Assembly (NCBI GenBank): GCA_002269645.1
Contig: NIVC01000127.1
Location: 372,001 to 436,000 of the forward strand
Source of the DNA: Macrostomum lignano
Lineage: Eukaryota
Direction of reading: 5' to 3'
Length of the DNA: 64,000 nt
Shown: piece by piece, positions 40,523-53,996 of the stretch
Layout of the letters: the number at the start of each line of letters is the position of its first letter
Position numbering within the stretch: position 1 is the stretch's first letter
Position numbers and translations under genes: made by a program
The notes under the pieces: generated by a model
The model's database searches: none
The model's input: the letters and a program-made list of their open reading frames with translations, nothing else
Told to the model about the DNA's origin: nothing

Positions 40523-43500
40523 TCAAGCCTGCTCTTCGGTGCTGGATTCCCCAACCTTCTCCTTATCAGTCTGACTATTTGGTAAATCTTCTAGTGTTAA
40601 TTCTTCAGCTGTATTGGTAGGCTGCTCAGATGCCGATGCCGGCTTATTGGGGTCACAGAAGGCGCAGACACCGCTGGTGCCCGCGTCGCTGATCGACTCA
40701 ATGTCGCCGTTGCCAGCTTCGCCTACCCGCCGAATTTCTGGAACTGACGAGTCGGGTCTAGGCGACTGATTAGTCAGCTTAGCAACCAACTGATTGTCGC
40801 CGTTGGATTGCGCAATTTGGGTGCCCTTCTCCATGCCCACCTGTACGGCATTGATTAGCCCGGAGACGAACAGCATACCCAGGAATATCCACACGGCCAA
40901 GCTGAACCTGTACACGTCTGATGAGTACGTCTGGCCTGTGAGTGAGCAATAGCGAGTATTAACACCAGTTTTGAGTTTAGATGTTTGGACTAAAAATGTG
41001 AGACTGGACTGTTGGTGAACAAAAATACAAGCTTTACCTGGATCTGTTTTTATGGCTGCTATCTGTGATTGGCTGCTATCTTTGATTGGCTGCTATCTAT
41101 GATTGGCTGCTATCTTTGATTGGCTGCTATCTATGATTGGCTGCTATCTTTGATTGGCTGCTATCTGCGATTGGCTGCTATCTATGATTGGCTGCTAACT
41201 GTGATTGGCTGTTATCTGTTATTGGCTGCTATCTATGATTAGCTGCTATCTGTGATTACCAGCTATCTGCAGTGACGGCCTGCCATCATAGAATAGAAAT
41301 GGGTCTACAGTGCAATTTTTGTTGGCTAAGCATCAACCTTCATCTCTGATATCGCCGTGACATGCTGTGTGTAGTGCATTGTAAAATTACTTAGATTATA
41401 ATTATCCAAATTACACAATAGTACAGATGTACTTCTATTTCTGGTACATCTAAAGACCAGAAACAGAGCGCTGAGTGCAAGACTAAAAGAAACAGTTAAG
41501 AAACCCTGGTGCACACCCAATGCATCCCTAAGCCTCTGTTTCATCAAATTCTCTGCAAGCCGCATTGAGTGAGAGAAAAAACCAATAATAAGAGTAGCCA
41601 AGAGGTCCCATCCCCAATTCAAGCCCGATATTCAGGGCTGGAGTGGCATCATCTCAAATAGTGTTAAGATGTTTATTTACGACTCTCAAGCTGTCTTGTT
41701 CTGAACAGGCCGAATGATACAAGTACAATTCTGATATTTTCCGAAAATGAAGCTCCCAATTTCAATGACAATTCCCACATGTGCCATTTCCAGGGGTGCC
41801 ATTCCCAGCTAGGGGTGCCATTCCAGGGGCGCCATTCAGCTAGGGGTGCCATTCCCACATGTGCCATTTCCAGGGGTGCCATTCCCAGGGGTGCCATTCC
41901 CAGCTAGGGGTGCCATTCCAGGGGCGCCATTCAGCTAGGGGTGCCATTCCCACATGTGCCATTTCCAGGGGTGCCATTCCCAGGGGTGCCATTCCCAGCT
42001 AGGGGTGCCATTCCAGGGGCGCCATTCCCAGGGGCGCCATTCCCAGGGGCGCCATTCAGCTAGGGGTGCCATTCCCACATGTGCCATTTCCAGGGGTGCC
42101 ATTCCCAGCTAGGGGTGCCATTCCCAGCTAGGGGTGCCATTCCCAGCTAGGGGTGCCATTCCCAGCTAGGGGTGCCATTCCCAGCTAGGGGTGCCATTCC
42201 CAGCTAGGGGTGCCATTCCCAGCTAGGGGTGCCATTCCCAGCTAGGGGTGCCATTCCCAGCTAGGGGTGCCATTCCCAGCTAGGGGTGCCATTCCCAGCT
42301 AGGGGTGCCATTCCCAGCTAGGGGTGCCATTCCCAGCTAGGGGTGCCATTCCCAGCTAGGGGTGCCATTCCCAGCTAGGGGTGCCATTCCCAGCTAGGGG
42401 TGCCATTCCCAGCTAGGGGTGCCATTCCCAGCTAGGGGTGCCATTCCCAGCTAGGGGTGCCATTCCCAGCTAGGGGTGCCATTCCCAGCTAGGGGTGCCA
42501 TTCCCAGAGGTACCATTTCCAGGGGTGCCATTCCCAGCTAAGGGGTGCCATTCCAGGGGCGCCATTCCCAGGGGCGCCATTGAGCTAGGGGTGCCATTTC
42601 CGAGGGTGCCATTTACAGGGGTGCCATTTCCAGGGGTGCCATTTCCAGGGGTGCCATTTCCAGGGGTTCCATTTCCAGGGGTGCCGCCCACTTAGCTAGT
42701 ATTCGGGCAGCTCTTGACCGCGCAGTCTCCTGACTTACCGGCAACATAGTCGCCGAATCCTATGGTGGACAGGGTCACCAGGCTGTAGTACACGCCCACC
42801 TCGAGGCTCCAGCCCTCGGTGGCGGTGAACACAGAGGCTGGCACGATGAAGAATATCACCAAGCCGATCAGGGTGTACACCACTGAGGAGGCAGCTTTGG
42901 GAAGTCGGCCGCGGTTGCGCCAGCAGGACAACCGGTGGAGTCGCAGCTGGACGCCTTTCACTCGGTCGGCGATGCCGCTGAGGAACACCGCCAGCATGGG
43001 AATGCCGATCAGGGCGTACACACAGCAGACGGACTGGCCAGCCGGGGTGGTCGGCGACAGGTTGCCGTAGCCGATGGTGGTGATTACGGTGAGGCAGAAG
43101 AACACGGAGCCCGGATAGTCCCACTTAGACGGCGGCGCGGTCAGCGAACCGTTCTCGCCCAGACTGAAGCCGGCGCGAAAAGCTTTGCTAACCCGAGTGA
43201 GCAGTTGGCTTAGATTTTTCGAATCGATGCCGGGATTCTGGGCTAGAATGACATTGGGAAGTAAACCAGCCAATCAGCAATCGACCTTGATATGGAGTGA
43301 GGTGTCTGGCTGCCTAGTGTAAGGAAGGAAAGAACGGAATATACAAATCGAGGGAGGCATGGCAGAGTACTTTTGCACCAGCCAATCAGCGAGCGACCTT
43401 TACATGGAGTGAGGTGGCTGGCTGCATAGGGGAAGGAAGGAATGAATGGAATACACAGAAGAGAGGCATGGCAGAGTAGTTTTGCACCAGCCAATCAGAG

Positions 43501-43737
43501 AGCGACCTTGACATGAAGTGAGGTGGCTACAATTGGAAATGGCTGAAACTGAAAAGAATGGGTGGGAGCAATAAATTCACATTAACATAACTAACCAAGA
43601 AACTCATTGAGAGCTACCCTGACTCCATCGTGACTGGATGATTCGTTCGACTGCTCTAAAAATTGAAAAAGCACTCCACCGAGAAGCAGGTAGGCAAAAA
43701 CTAAAACGCCCATCACCAGCATGGTTCGCCAGTTCAT
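40523..43737 (-). CDS. Two-pore-domain (K2P) potassium channel, TREK/TRAAK-like. Exons 43737-43596, 43242-42739, 40935-40523.
   Basis: M1 MNWRTMLVMGVLVFAYLLLGGVLFQFLE; pore 1 TVITTIGYG; pore 2 VTLSTIGFGDYVAG; M4 VYRFSLAVWIFLG; consistent splice phases. Confidence 0.9.
41060..41260. repeat. CCAAT-containing minisatellite, ~17-bp unit tgattggctgctatcta
   Basis: Tandem units in a K2P intron. Confidence 0.85.
41770..42690. repeat. Intronic minisatellite, 19-bp unit ggggtgccattcccagcta
   Basis: Tandem units in a K2P intron. Confidence 0.95.
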
Positions 43738-43829
43738 GCTGCTGACAACTGGCTCTGCGGGTAATAGATGGGATTATAAGATAGACGATGAGGCTGCAGC
43801 ATAAGTCTAGATTCTAGATCCTAGATTCC

Positions 43830-44400
43830 AGAATAGAAACTAGACTCTAGAATAGAAACAATGAAGCCTCTAGGATAGAAACTATGGAGACCATAGAATA
43901 GAAACTAGAGACTGTAGGATAGAAACTAGAGACTGTAGGATAGAAACTATAGAGACTCTACGAAAGAAACTATAAAGACTATAAACTATAAAAATAGGAT
44001 AGAAACTATGGAGACTCTCGGATAGAAACTATAGAGACTCTAGGATAGGAATTAGGTACACTATAGTCTATAGTCAATAGAGACACTAGGTTAGAAACTA
44101 GAGACACTAGGATAGAAACTATAGAGACACTAGGATAGAAACTATAGAGACACTAGGATAGAAACTATAGAGACACTAGGATAGAAACTATAGAGACACT
44201 AGGATAGAAACTATAGAGACACTAGGATAGAAACTATAGAGACACTAGGATAGAAACTAGAGAGACACTAGGATAGAAACTAGAGAGACACTAGGATAGA
44301 AACTAGAGAGACACTAGGATAGAAACTATAGAGACACTAGGATAGAAACTAGAGAGACACTAGGATAGAAACTATAGAGGCACTAGGATAGAAACTGGAG
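43830..44400. repeat. Minisatellite, 23-bp unit ctatagagacactaggatagaaa
   Basis: Tandem units upstream of the K2P start codon. Confidence 0.9.
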
Positions 44401-45039
44401 ATTCCAGAGAAGCCCCTACCGTCCTGATGGGCGACGTCCTCGAGTCTGCTCCGATCGAACAGGTGAGACACAGCTGGCGAAGTCATAATTTAGTTTGAGA
44501 AGTCAGAGTACAACACAGCAGGCAACACAACAGCATAAGAACTTACAACAGAAAACAGGCTGCTGCTGAAAGGCTACAATCGTATACAGATGGTGGGATC
44601 AAATAGGGTTTATAGTAGCAGACAGGTGGGAGAGATGCATCACTCTATACTGGTTGGTTAGCCTGCCGAATCCCAGTGCAGTGCAGAAGCAATACTCAAT
44701 TTTATTAACTTAGGTGGGCAGAGATAGGCTATGGGGTTGTTAACGATGTACATATATGACAGGTTGAGCCATATACATGTACACTTATCAGCTTCCTATC
44801 ACCCACCCAGGACAGTGTGCCTTTGACGCGAGTAAAATTAATTGAATTATTTATTGGTAGCGATAGGCAACAGGGACGGCAGTTTTATTAGCATTTTAAT
44901 ATAACTAATTCCCCATTTATATTATCCAACGAGCCCACTTCCGTAAATTGACAGCCCGGCTGCCTGCTGACTGCCTTATTCACTGCTATAAGTCCACTTT
45001 AGTGTATGAAATTTTCTCACTATGAAATGATGAGTTCAG

Positions 45040-45425
45040 GGGCAGCAGCAGTTCAGCTACTGTAGGGCAGCAGTTCAGCTACTGTAGGGCAGCAGTTCAG
45101 CTACTGTAGGGCAGCAGCTCAGCTACTGTTGGGCAGCAGTTCAGCTACTGTAGGGCAGCAGCTCAGCTACTGTAGGGCAGCAGCTCAGCTACTGTGGCTG
45201 CAGTTCAGCTGCAGTAGAGCAGCTCAGCTACTGTAGGGCAGCAGTTCAGCTACTGTAGGGCAGCAGCTCAGCTACTGTAGGGCAGCAGCTCAGCTACTGT
45301 AGGGCAGCAGCTCAGCTACTGTGGCTGCAGTTCAGCTGCAGTAGAGCAGCTCAGCTACTGTAGGGCAGCAGTTCAGCTACTGTAGGGCAGCAGCTCAGCT
45401 ACAGTAGGGCAGCAGTTCAGCTACA
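45040..45425. repeat. Minisatellite, 22-bp unit ggcagcagttcagctactgtag
   Basis: Tandem units. Confidence 0.9.
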
Positions 45426-46809
45426 TGCACTATAAGGCTACTGAAGCGATTTAGCAAAATCAGAAATCAGCTTGGCAAAGGCCAGTCTATCCCAGCCCGA
45501 TTCTCACAGCTCGAATGCAACAGGTGCAGAATGGTATGTCATAGGGATAAATAATGCAGATTGAATAACAAATGTGAGCAAAAGCAGGGATAATGCCTGG
45601 TTAGCAGCAGCTCCAATGTTGAACAAAGGCAGTCAATTGCATGGCAAACATTGATGCATAGCAAAGTGCAGAAAAGTGCAATTGCACATAGGGAATGCAC
45701 CTACAGTGTACACATGCAGCTTGAAGCTTTACCCACAAGCTCCAGAGTTAAGCAAAATCGTGATTTTTTCGGCGATGTGAAACTTCAAGCTGCTGAGTAG
45801 ATCGATTGAATTGATCGTCTGCTCCGAGCGTATTGGCGAGCCAGTCTGAACGACCAAATGGCAGAACACTGCTCATTAATTCAGCATTCATGAAGTATGG
45901 CAGCTCACTCTCGGAGTCGTGAAGGCCAAGATTACTGCATGTACAGCTTTATTAGTCTTAGTCTTATAAGCTTCATCAAATAATTGAGCACACTCTGAAC
46001 GCTGATGCATGAATGACAGACTTAATCGAGAAGGCCGCAGCAAAATGAGGTCTAACCAAGGTCCAACATGTACTTTTGATTAGGGGCCATATTCACCTGT
46101 GCGGCTGGTGTGCACGCTTATATTGATGACGCTTACATGAAAACCTTATTGAGCAATATTAATTATGATTAATGATTCAGCAGAGTCGCATATGGTGCAA
46201 GCAGACTGCCTGTTCCTCATACACAGTATATTTGTGTTAGATTTGCCGCAATTCACAAAGCAATTTACATAAAAAAATTTAACAACCTGAATACGCTACT
46301 AGAAACGGGAAGTAGAAATCTAAGCATAATAGCAGTATATTTTGTTTCGTCAAGAAAAAAGCACTGTTCTTATCCTGCTTCGGTATGTCTGGTCTGATGG
46401 TAACCATGGAGCTTGAGAAACAATAAAAGATGACGATTAAAGCACAAAATGATGAAAAACTACAAATGAGTGTTTTATAAATGAATAACATAAAATATTA
46501 AGGCTCCGATGAGCCAGCGATCTTTGTTGTACTATCATCCATAGGGTGCTTGCGTGATGCATCTTAAACTGCATAAGCAATATTTTAAAGCATTTGCATT
46601 AGCTTATGTACAAGCAAAAAGTGAAGACACGGCTTTGATAGACAGATTTGGGCGAAAGGTTTGGGCGAAGATGCAACGGGTTTAGAGAAATTAAAACTGC
46701 AGTTTTACATTTGCTGCAGTTTGAACTGCACCTGTCGGCTGCACCTGTCAGTTAGAAATCGCCACATGACCAGACTAGACGAAAAAATGCCTGCTTGCTA
46801 CGGTGGGGA

Positions 46810-47770
46810 AAACTTGCTCTGATTGGCTGGGGGGAGACTGGGTTGAGATTGGAGCTTAGTTCCAATTGGCTGGCGAGGAGACTGGGTTGAAATTGGAGCT
46901 CAGCTCTGATTGGCTGGCGGAGTTTGGTTAGGAATGGAGCTCAGTTTTGATTAGCTGGTGGGAAGACAGTGAATTGAGCTCAGTTTCGATTGGCTGGCGG
47001 AGAGTGGGTTGGGATTGGAGCTCAGCTCTGATTGGTTGATGGGATGAACAGGCTGGGAAGTGCGCACAGCGCTATATGATAACAAAATAATGCTCTTAGC
47101 CCATGACAGTAAAAGCAGGCAAATTGAACCAGAAAAAATAACCAAAACAACAAATTATAGTATTTATGGTTTGATTTATCGTTTTCTAGAACGATATGTA
47201 CAAACAAACAGCTGGTATAAAAGCAGTACAGAAACGGAACCAGTTTTATAGCTAATATACAAAAATGTAATCAGGATCGACTTAATGCATTTACTAGTTT
47301 AAGTAGTATTACAGGAGCTCACGCGATAAAGAGGAAGCAAGATTGGCTCCGTTAATATGGACAGCTTGTTATTGACTGGCTGTAAGACAGCTCAGCTGAA
47401 CTCTGATTGGCTGACACTGGAGATGGGGTCGGACAGCTGAGCTCTGATTGGCTGATGTTAGAGATGGGGCCGGGTATGACAGCTGAGCTCTGATTAGCTG
47501 ACACTGGAGAAGAGGTATGACAGCTGACCTCTGATTGGCTGACACTGGAGGTTGGATGGGACAGCTGAGCTCTGATTGGCTGACACTGGAGGTTGGGTGG
47601 GACAGCTGAGCTCTGATTGGCTGACACTGGAGGTTGGGTGGGACAGCTGAGCTCTGATTGGCTGACACTGGAGTTTGGGTGGGACAGCTGAGCTCTGATT
47701 GGCTGATGTTGGAGATGGGATATGACAGCTGAGCTCTGATTGGCTGACACTGGAGATGGGGCGGGGCAGC
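46810..47770. repeat. Two blocks of CCAAT-containing minisatellite (cagctgagctctgattggctgacactggag core) at 46810-47060 and 47385-47770
   Basis: Tandem ~41-bp units. Confidence 0.85.
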
Positions 47771-48000
47771 CGATCTTCACAGAATAGCTGTTTTATTAGC
47801 AACGAAAAAGTAGGATAATGAAAGAAACGAAAACAGGCCCCCTAAAAAGCCTTCAAAGTGCATATACTAACTAATCAGTAGTCAGCTACAGGCATGCATT
47901 CAAAATTGTCATTTTTGTGAAAGCATCAATTATCGAAGTTTCCAAAACAGCGAAGAACACTTGCCATTTGTTAATGAAAAATTTTTCAATTGATGTACGG

Positions 48001-51000
48001 TTACGACTGGATACACCGAGCCCCAGAATCGCCGTCCGAGTCTGACTCTGTGTCCGACATCATGTCGCTGTCCGTTGCCTCGCCCGCCTCTTCATCATCA
48101 TCGTCGTCGTCGTCATCGTCATCTTCGCCATCGGCAGCTCGTCTACGGCGAAGCAAATGGCGAGACTGAAAGGTATGGGACGGCAAAGTTAATGTAAATT
48201 ACAATTTACGAATCAAAAGTTTGGAAGCGGCTCTGATTCATTGGCTGAGAGACAGACTGACTAGAGGAGCGGCTCTGATTGGCTGAGAAACAAACACTGA
48301 CTAGCGAGGAGCGGCTCTCATTGGCTGAGAGACAGACACTGACTAGTGAGGAGCGGCTCTCATTGGCTGAGAGACAGACACTGACTAGCGAGGAGCGGCT
48401 CTCATTGGCTGAAAAACAGACACTGAGTAGCGCGCAGCGGCTCTGATTGGCTGAGAGACGTAGTATATGCATACTATGTGTTTAATTCAACAATCGCATG
48501 AAGAACACAGCGCAGCATTAATTACCCGTCTTTCTCGCCGATTCAGTTGTCGCATAAGCATCAGCAGCAGATTGGGTTCCATAGGCTGCACCCTGGCGTC
48601 CCTAGCCCGCTCAGTAAGATTGTTGAACACCCGGTCGCGCAACAGCCTAGCCGAGGCGCCGCTCTTCCGATCGGTCAGCTGCTGTTCCGTACAGCCGGCT
48701 TGCCAAAGTTTGAAATCGTTGTCCAGGCCGCTGGTGGCCAGGATTGGATGTTGCGGGTGCGGCTCCAGGACGTTCACAATGCCCGTCTCGTCAGCCTGCG
48801 AGAGGTTTGAAGGGATTAAGGATGAGATTATTGGGGTAGCTTCGGGCCGAGTTTGAAGGATTAGGGAGGGGATTATTGGGACAGCTTAGGGCCGAGTTTG
48901 AAGGATTAGGGAGGGGATTATTGGGGCAGCTTAGGGCCGAGTTTGAAGGATTAGGGAGGGGATTATTGGGGCAGCTTAGGGCCGAGTTTGAAGGATTAGG
49001 GAGGGGATTATTGGGGCAGCTTAGCGATGAGATACACAGAGCCAGCAAGGTTGCGGCTAACACAGACTTTGCAAACCTTAAAGCTATGCATGAGCCTGGC
49101 GGTGGCCGTGTCCCACAGGTAGACGTAGCCGCAGTCACTGCCGGACACCACGTACTCCGAATGGGCCCCGTAGAAATTGACGCCCTTAACCGTGGCATTG
49201 TTCCTATGCCCCTGATAGGTGCGAACAACTCGCTTAGTTGACCACTCAATCAGGTGGATATTCTCGTCATTATACGAGGCCAGCACGCAATCGCCCGTGT
49301 GATTGAAGCAGGCGGCGGTCACGTGAGTGCCGGGCAGGAGGCCGGGCGCGGCCAGACGGGCCAGCGGGTTGGACATGACCATCCGCTTGTCGAACACGTA
49401 GACACCATCGTCGCGGCCGCAGACGCAGTAGATATTGGGCCGGAGCGGGTGCTGGTGCACGGAGTAGAGCGGCACCCGGTCGCGGTTAGTTGGCGAACGG
49501 ACCACCGTCAGCTTGGTGGCAGCCGGCTGCGGACCGTCGGCGCCAGCCTGGCGAACGTCGATAAGAAGCACCCGGGCGTCCTCGCCGGCGCTGAGAATCT
49601 CGTGCGGCTCGAACAGCGGCGCGGCGCTCAGCTTGTGACAGGCGGCTGCGTGTTTGGCCAGCCGGCTGGTGTGACAGTCGCCAGATGGCGAGAAATGGCA
49701 TAAGCGGACCTTTAGGGAGGAGGGGGAACTGCTAGTCATGCTCATTTCTAATCCATTGTATACTACTCTTAGTGAGTAGCTTACATGTAAAAACAAGGGG
49801 AACGAGGTTTAGATAGATCGATTGCTTGTTATAACTACTATCTATTAAATCATAGGATACTTTTGAGTATCTTTGGGTACTTATGAGTATCAATGGGTAG
49901 TTTTGGGTATCATTAGGTAGTTTGAGTATTATGGCCTATGGGGTACTTTTTGAGTACCATCGAGTACTTTTAAGAATCATGGGGTACTTTTTGAATATCA
50001 TGTGGTACTTTTAGGTATCATGGAGTACTTTTAAGAATCATGGAGTATTTTGAGAATCATGGGGTACTTTTAAGAATAATAGGATACTTTTCGGAATCAT
50101 GGGGTACTTCTGCAGATCATTAGGCACTTTTAAGGATAGGCCAGTACTTGCGAGGATCATCATGCACATGAACTGTGTACAGTTAAAAGCATCAAGGTTG
50201 CTGACAAAGCTGTAGCAACTTCCAACTGCAGTCAGCTTTTTACCTGTCCGTCCCTAGAAGCCGTGACAACGTGATTCTCGCTGATGAACTTGCACTGGAA
50301 CACGTTGGCATGGTGACCGGTGGCGCCGGTCGTGAGAACTCGTTTACGGCGCACGCTGCTCAAACAGCAATTGAGATCGTCTGAGCCGCTAGCGATCAAA
50401 TCCGAGTTGAACGGGCAGAAGCTCAGCGCGTTTACGCAGCCATTGTGCGCCGCGTAGGTGTGCATGAGGGACAGGTGGCACACCACTGTCGGGCAGGTGT
50501 ACACCTGCAGGTTCGGGGTCATCATGGACAAATTATAGACTAGCCCACATCAACATAGATCCCCGATCCCATCAATAAAGATACCCGATCCCACCAACTA
50601 ATCTAGATACCCGATTCCATCAATCTAGACAAACGATCCCCTCGAATCTAGATACCCGGACCCCACCAATCTAGATACCGATCCTATTTCAATCTAGATA
50701 CCAGATCCCCACCAATCTAGATACCGATCCTATTTCAATCTAGATACCAGATCCCCACCAATCTAGATACCAGATCCCCACCAATATAGATACCAGATCC
50801 CCACCAATCTAGATACCAGATCCCCACCAATATAGATACCAGATCCCCACCAATATAGATACCAGATCCCCACCAATCTAGATACCAGATCCCCACCAAT
50901 CTAGATACCCGATCCTATTTCAATCTAGATACCCGATCCCCACCAATCTAGATACCAGATCCCCACCAATCTAGATACCCGATTCCATCAATCTAGACAC

Positions 51001-52951
51001 CCGATCCCCACCAATATAGATACCCGATCAGCATCAATCCAGATACCCGATCCCTTCAATCTAGATACCCGATCCCTTCAATCTAGATACCCGATCCCTT
51101 CAATCTAGATACCCGATCCCTTCAATCTAGATACCCGATCCCCACCAATCTAGATACCCGATCAGCATCAATCCAGATACCCAATCCCTTCAATCTAGAT
51201 ACCCGATCCCCACCAATCTAGATACCCGATCAGCACCAGTCCCCCATCAACCTAGGATTCCTAGAAACGCGAGGCCGGACCCACCTGTCTGGCCCACTGT
51301 CCCGGCCTGGCCAGGTGCCGTTCCCGCATGAGGCCGAACAGTCCGGCGTGATGGGTCAGCGGTGCATCCCAGTTCAGGCAGGCGTCAACTTCTCGGTCGG
51401 TGATGCCAGCATCGGCGCCACCGACGCCGCCGCCAGCTGCCGGCCGACCGAAGCTGTTGTCATCATCGTCGCTGTCGTCCTCCTCGTCGTCGTGGTCTTG
51501 CTCTTCCTCGAGGACCACTTCTTCGATGTCCTCGGCGCCGCCAGACCGCCTTGACGCGGAGGCGGCGGCGGCGGCGGCAGCGGCCCCGTCGGCTGAGGCG
51601 TCGCCCTCCTCGCCGGCCGAGGTCTCCACGGACTCGATCCGGTAGAAGCCGCGCCTGGTGCGCCGGCCGGACTCAATAGAGCCGTCGGCCGACAGGGCGG
51701 CCGGACTGTCCACCCGGCTGCTGCCGCACTCGGCCGCGGACGAGTCGCCAAGCAGCAGGCGTTCCCGGCGCAATCGGGAGCGCTGCAATTGAAGGCGGCT
51801 GCTGGCGCGACTGCCGCTGTTCACGTTGGAGTCGTCCGTCTCCTCCTGGGTTGAAGCAGAAAAACAGCTTTGATCACTGTGACTACTTTGAGCACTAGGG
51901 CAATCAGGGGATTCTGCTGAACGATTAACTATATAACTGGTGGTTGGCACCCGTGCCCTCAATTACCCCAGCTAATTTTACAGCTGGGTGAACTGAAGCA
52001 ATGCAGAGTTAAGTGTCTTGCCCAAGGACACAAATTGTTTCGAATGGATCGAGAATTGAACCCCCGACCGTCCAGTCGTGAGTCCGATGCTCTAACCACT
52101 AGGCTACAACCCCTAATAGGCTACAACCCCCTACTAGGCTAAAACCACATTGACAACCAGTTGATTCCCTTGACAACCAGTTCATTCCATTGACAACCAG
52201 GCAATCACGTTGACAACCAGTTGATTCTCTTGACAACCAGGTAATCACATTGACAACTAGATGATTCCCTTGACAACCAGGTAATCACGTTGACAACTAG
52301 ATGATTCCCTTGACAACTAGGCAATCACGTTGACAACCAGTTGATTGCCTTGACAACCAGTTGATTGCCTTGACAACCAGGTAATCACATTGACAACTAG
52401 ATGATTCCCTTGACAACCAGGCGAGTACTTTGATAACCAGGTAAATTCCTTCACAACGGGGTGATTTCATTGACAAGCAGATTAGCTTAGCAAGCTAAGC
52501 AGTTACAATACATGCCAGTAGGGTACTTGCTGGTCAGCTATGTTACTCCCTTGTAAAAAAGTGACCCAAAAATTCGGGTGATATCCTAGCAATCTTGATC
52601 CAGCGGGAAGTTATGAGAACCCTACAAGAAGTGTATACTTGAGTACTTCAAAAGTCATTTAAGGACAAGCCAGCTGTCAACAGAACACATCAAATAGGCA
52701 TAGCAGGCTCGGCTTACCCCGCCAGCAATTGGAATGTCGATTTCATCCTCGGCCCCATCGACATCCTCGGCATCATAATCATCTTCGAGCTCCATAGCCG
52801 CTTCATCGGGCACAGGAGGCTGCTGACAGCAATCAACGCCAGCAACCTGCCCCAGCTGCTCCATCATGTTTTCACCGTCGGATGAAGCTGCCTGGGTTGG
52901 CAAGTCCTCCTGCTGCGCCGGTTGCTGGGAATTCCCAGCCGAAGAGGATTC
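48001..52951 (-). CDS. DCAF8: DDB1- and CUL4-associated factor 8 (WD40 protein). Exons 52951-52718, 51845-51285, 50504-50244, 49709-49077, 48795-48526, 48165-48001.
   Basis: HNGCVNALSF..ASGSDD, GHHANVFQCKF, ILSAGED, YQGHRNNATVKGVNFYG..SEYVVSGSDCG, VNVLEPHP..LATSGLD, acidic N-terminus, C-terminal RCIQS; all junctions in frame. The start codon is uncertain. Confidence 0.88.
48230..48460. repeat. Intronic CCAAT-containing minisatellite, ~43-bp unit
   Basis: gagcggctctcattggctgagagacagacactgactagcgag-like units. Confidence 0.85.
48820..49025. repeat. Intronic minisatellite, 45-bp unit ttagggccgagtttgaaggattagggaggggattattggggcagc
   Basis: About 4 copies filling a DCAF8 intron. Confidence 0.9.
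50560..51240. repeat. Intronic minisatellite, ~23-bp unit atctagatacccgatccccacca
   Basis: Tandem units. Confidence 0.9.
51930..52113 (-). mobile_element. tRNA-derived SINE
   Basis: Head GGGGTTGTAGCCTAGTGGTTAGAGC...GGTTCAATTCTC (A/B boxes, no closing acceptor stem), followed by GTGTCCTTGGGCAAGACACTTAACTC, typical of CORE/Deu-like SINE bodies. Confidence 0.7.
52150..52470. repeat. Intronic minisatellite, 20-bp unit ttgacaaccagttgattccc
   Basis: Tandem degenerate units. Confidence 0.85.
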
Positions 52952-53309
52952 CTGCAAAAGTACATGTTGTTAGTGCTTTTATAATGCGCGAAGTATAGCA
53001 CTTCTTGGGTAAATATTAAATTCACTAATGCTCATTAGTAACAAAGCACAAAGCACAAGTTCAGAAAGACAAACATGAAATATTTTTTTTGTCCAAGAGC
53101 CTTAATCAGGGCTGTAGCCAATGTTTATTTCTGTTTGTCAGTAATTTACTACTACTAAGAACATTCCAGTAGCATATTAGACGCACTGCAACAAATTTTT
53201 AGAAAATGCACGAATAATTTAAGAAGCAAATGATATGAACTGCAACTGTCAGGCGAGGAAATAATGCAGCGGAAGTCCTGGACGCTCTCTGACTTGGTTC
53301 CTGTAGCTG

Positions 53310-53900
53310 AATCTGGCACTTGGAACTTGAAAAATGGCCACCAGGTTTTCAAATCTGGCACTTGGAACTTGAAAAATGGCCACCAGGTTTTCAAATCTGG
53401 CACCTGAAACTTGAAAAATGGCGGCCCGGTTTTCAAATCTGGCACTTGAAACTTGAAAAATGGCGGCCCGGTTTTCAAATCTGGCACTTGAAACTTGAAA
53501 AATGGCGGCCAGGTCTTCAAATCTGGCACTTGGAACTTGAAAAATGGCGGCCAGGTTTTCAAATCTGGCACTTGGAACTTGAAAAATGGCCACCAGGTTT
53601 TCAAATCTGGCACTTGGAACTTGAAAAATGGCCACCAGGTTTTCAAATCTGGCACTTGGAACTTGAAAAATGGCCACCAGGTTTTCAAATCTGGCACTTG
53701 GAACTTGAAAAATGGCCACCAGGTTTTCAAATCTGGCACCTTGAGTTTTGAAAAATGGCGGCCAGGTCTTCAAATCTGGCACCTTGAGTTTTGAAAAATG
53801 GCGGCCAGGTCTTCAAATCTGGCACCTTGAGTTTTGAAAAAATGGCGGCCAGGTCTTCAAATCTGGCACCTTGAGTTTTGAAAAATAGCGACTAGGTTTT
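53310..53900. repeat. Minisatellite, 42-bp unit aaatctggcacttggaacttgaaaaatggccaccaggttttc
   Basis: About 14 copies between the POLR1B stop and DCAF8. Confidence 0.95.
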
Positions 53901-53996
53901 GAAATCATTTAATCACGATTTCCACATAATTGAAACAATTCACAACCTCAATTAATTAATATGCAAATCACGAAGGACGCCAAAAACGCTAAATCG

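Noticed and set aside
52040-52113. tRNA-Val(CAC)-like sequence as a true tRNA gene
   Set aside because: The acceptor stem does not close and the sequence runs into a SINE body; recorded as a SINE.
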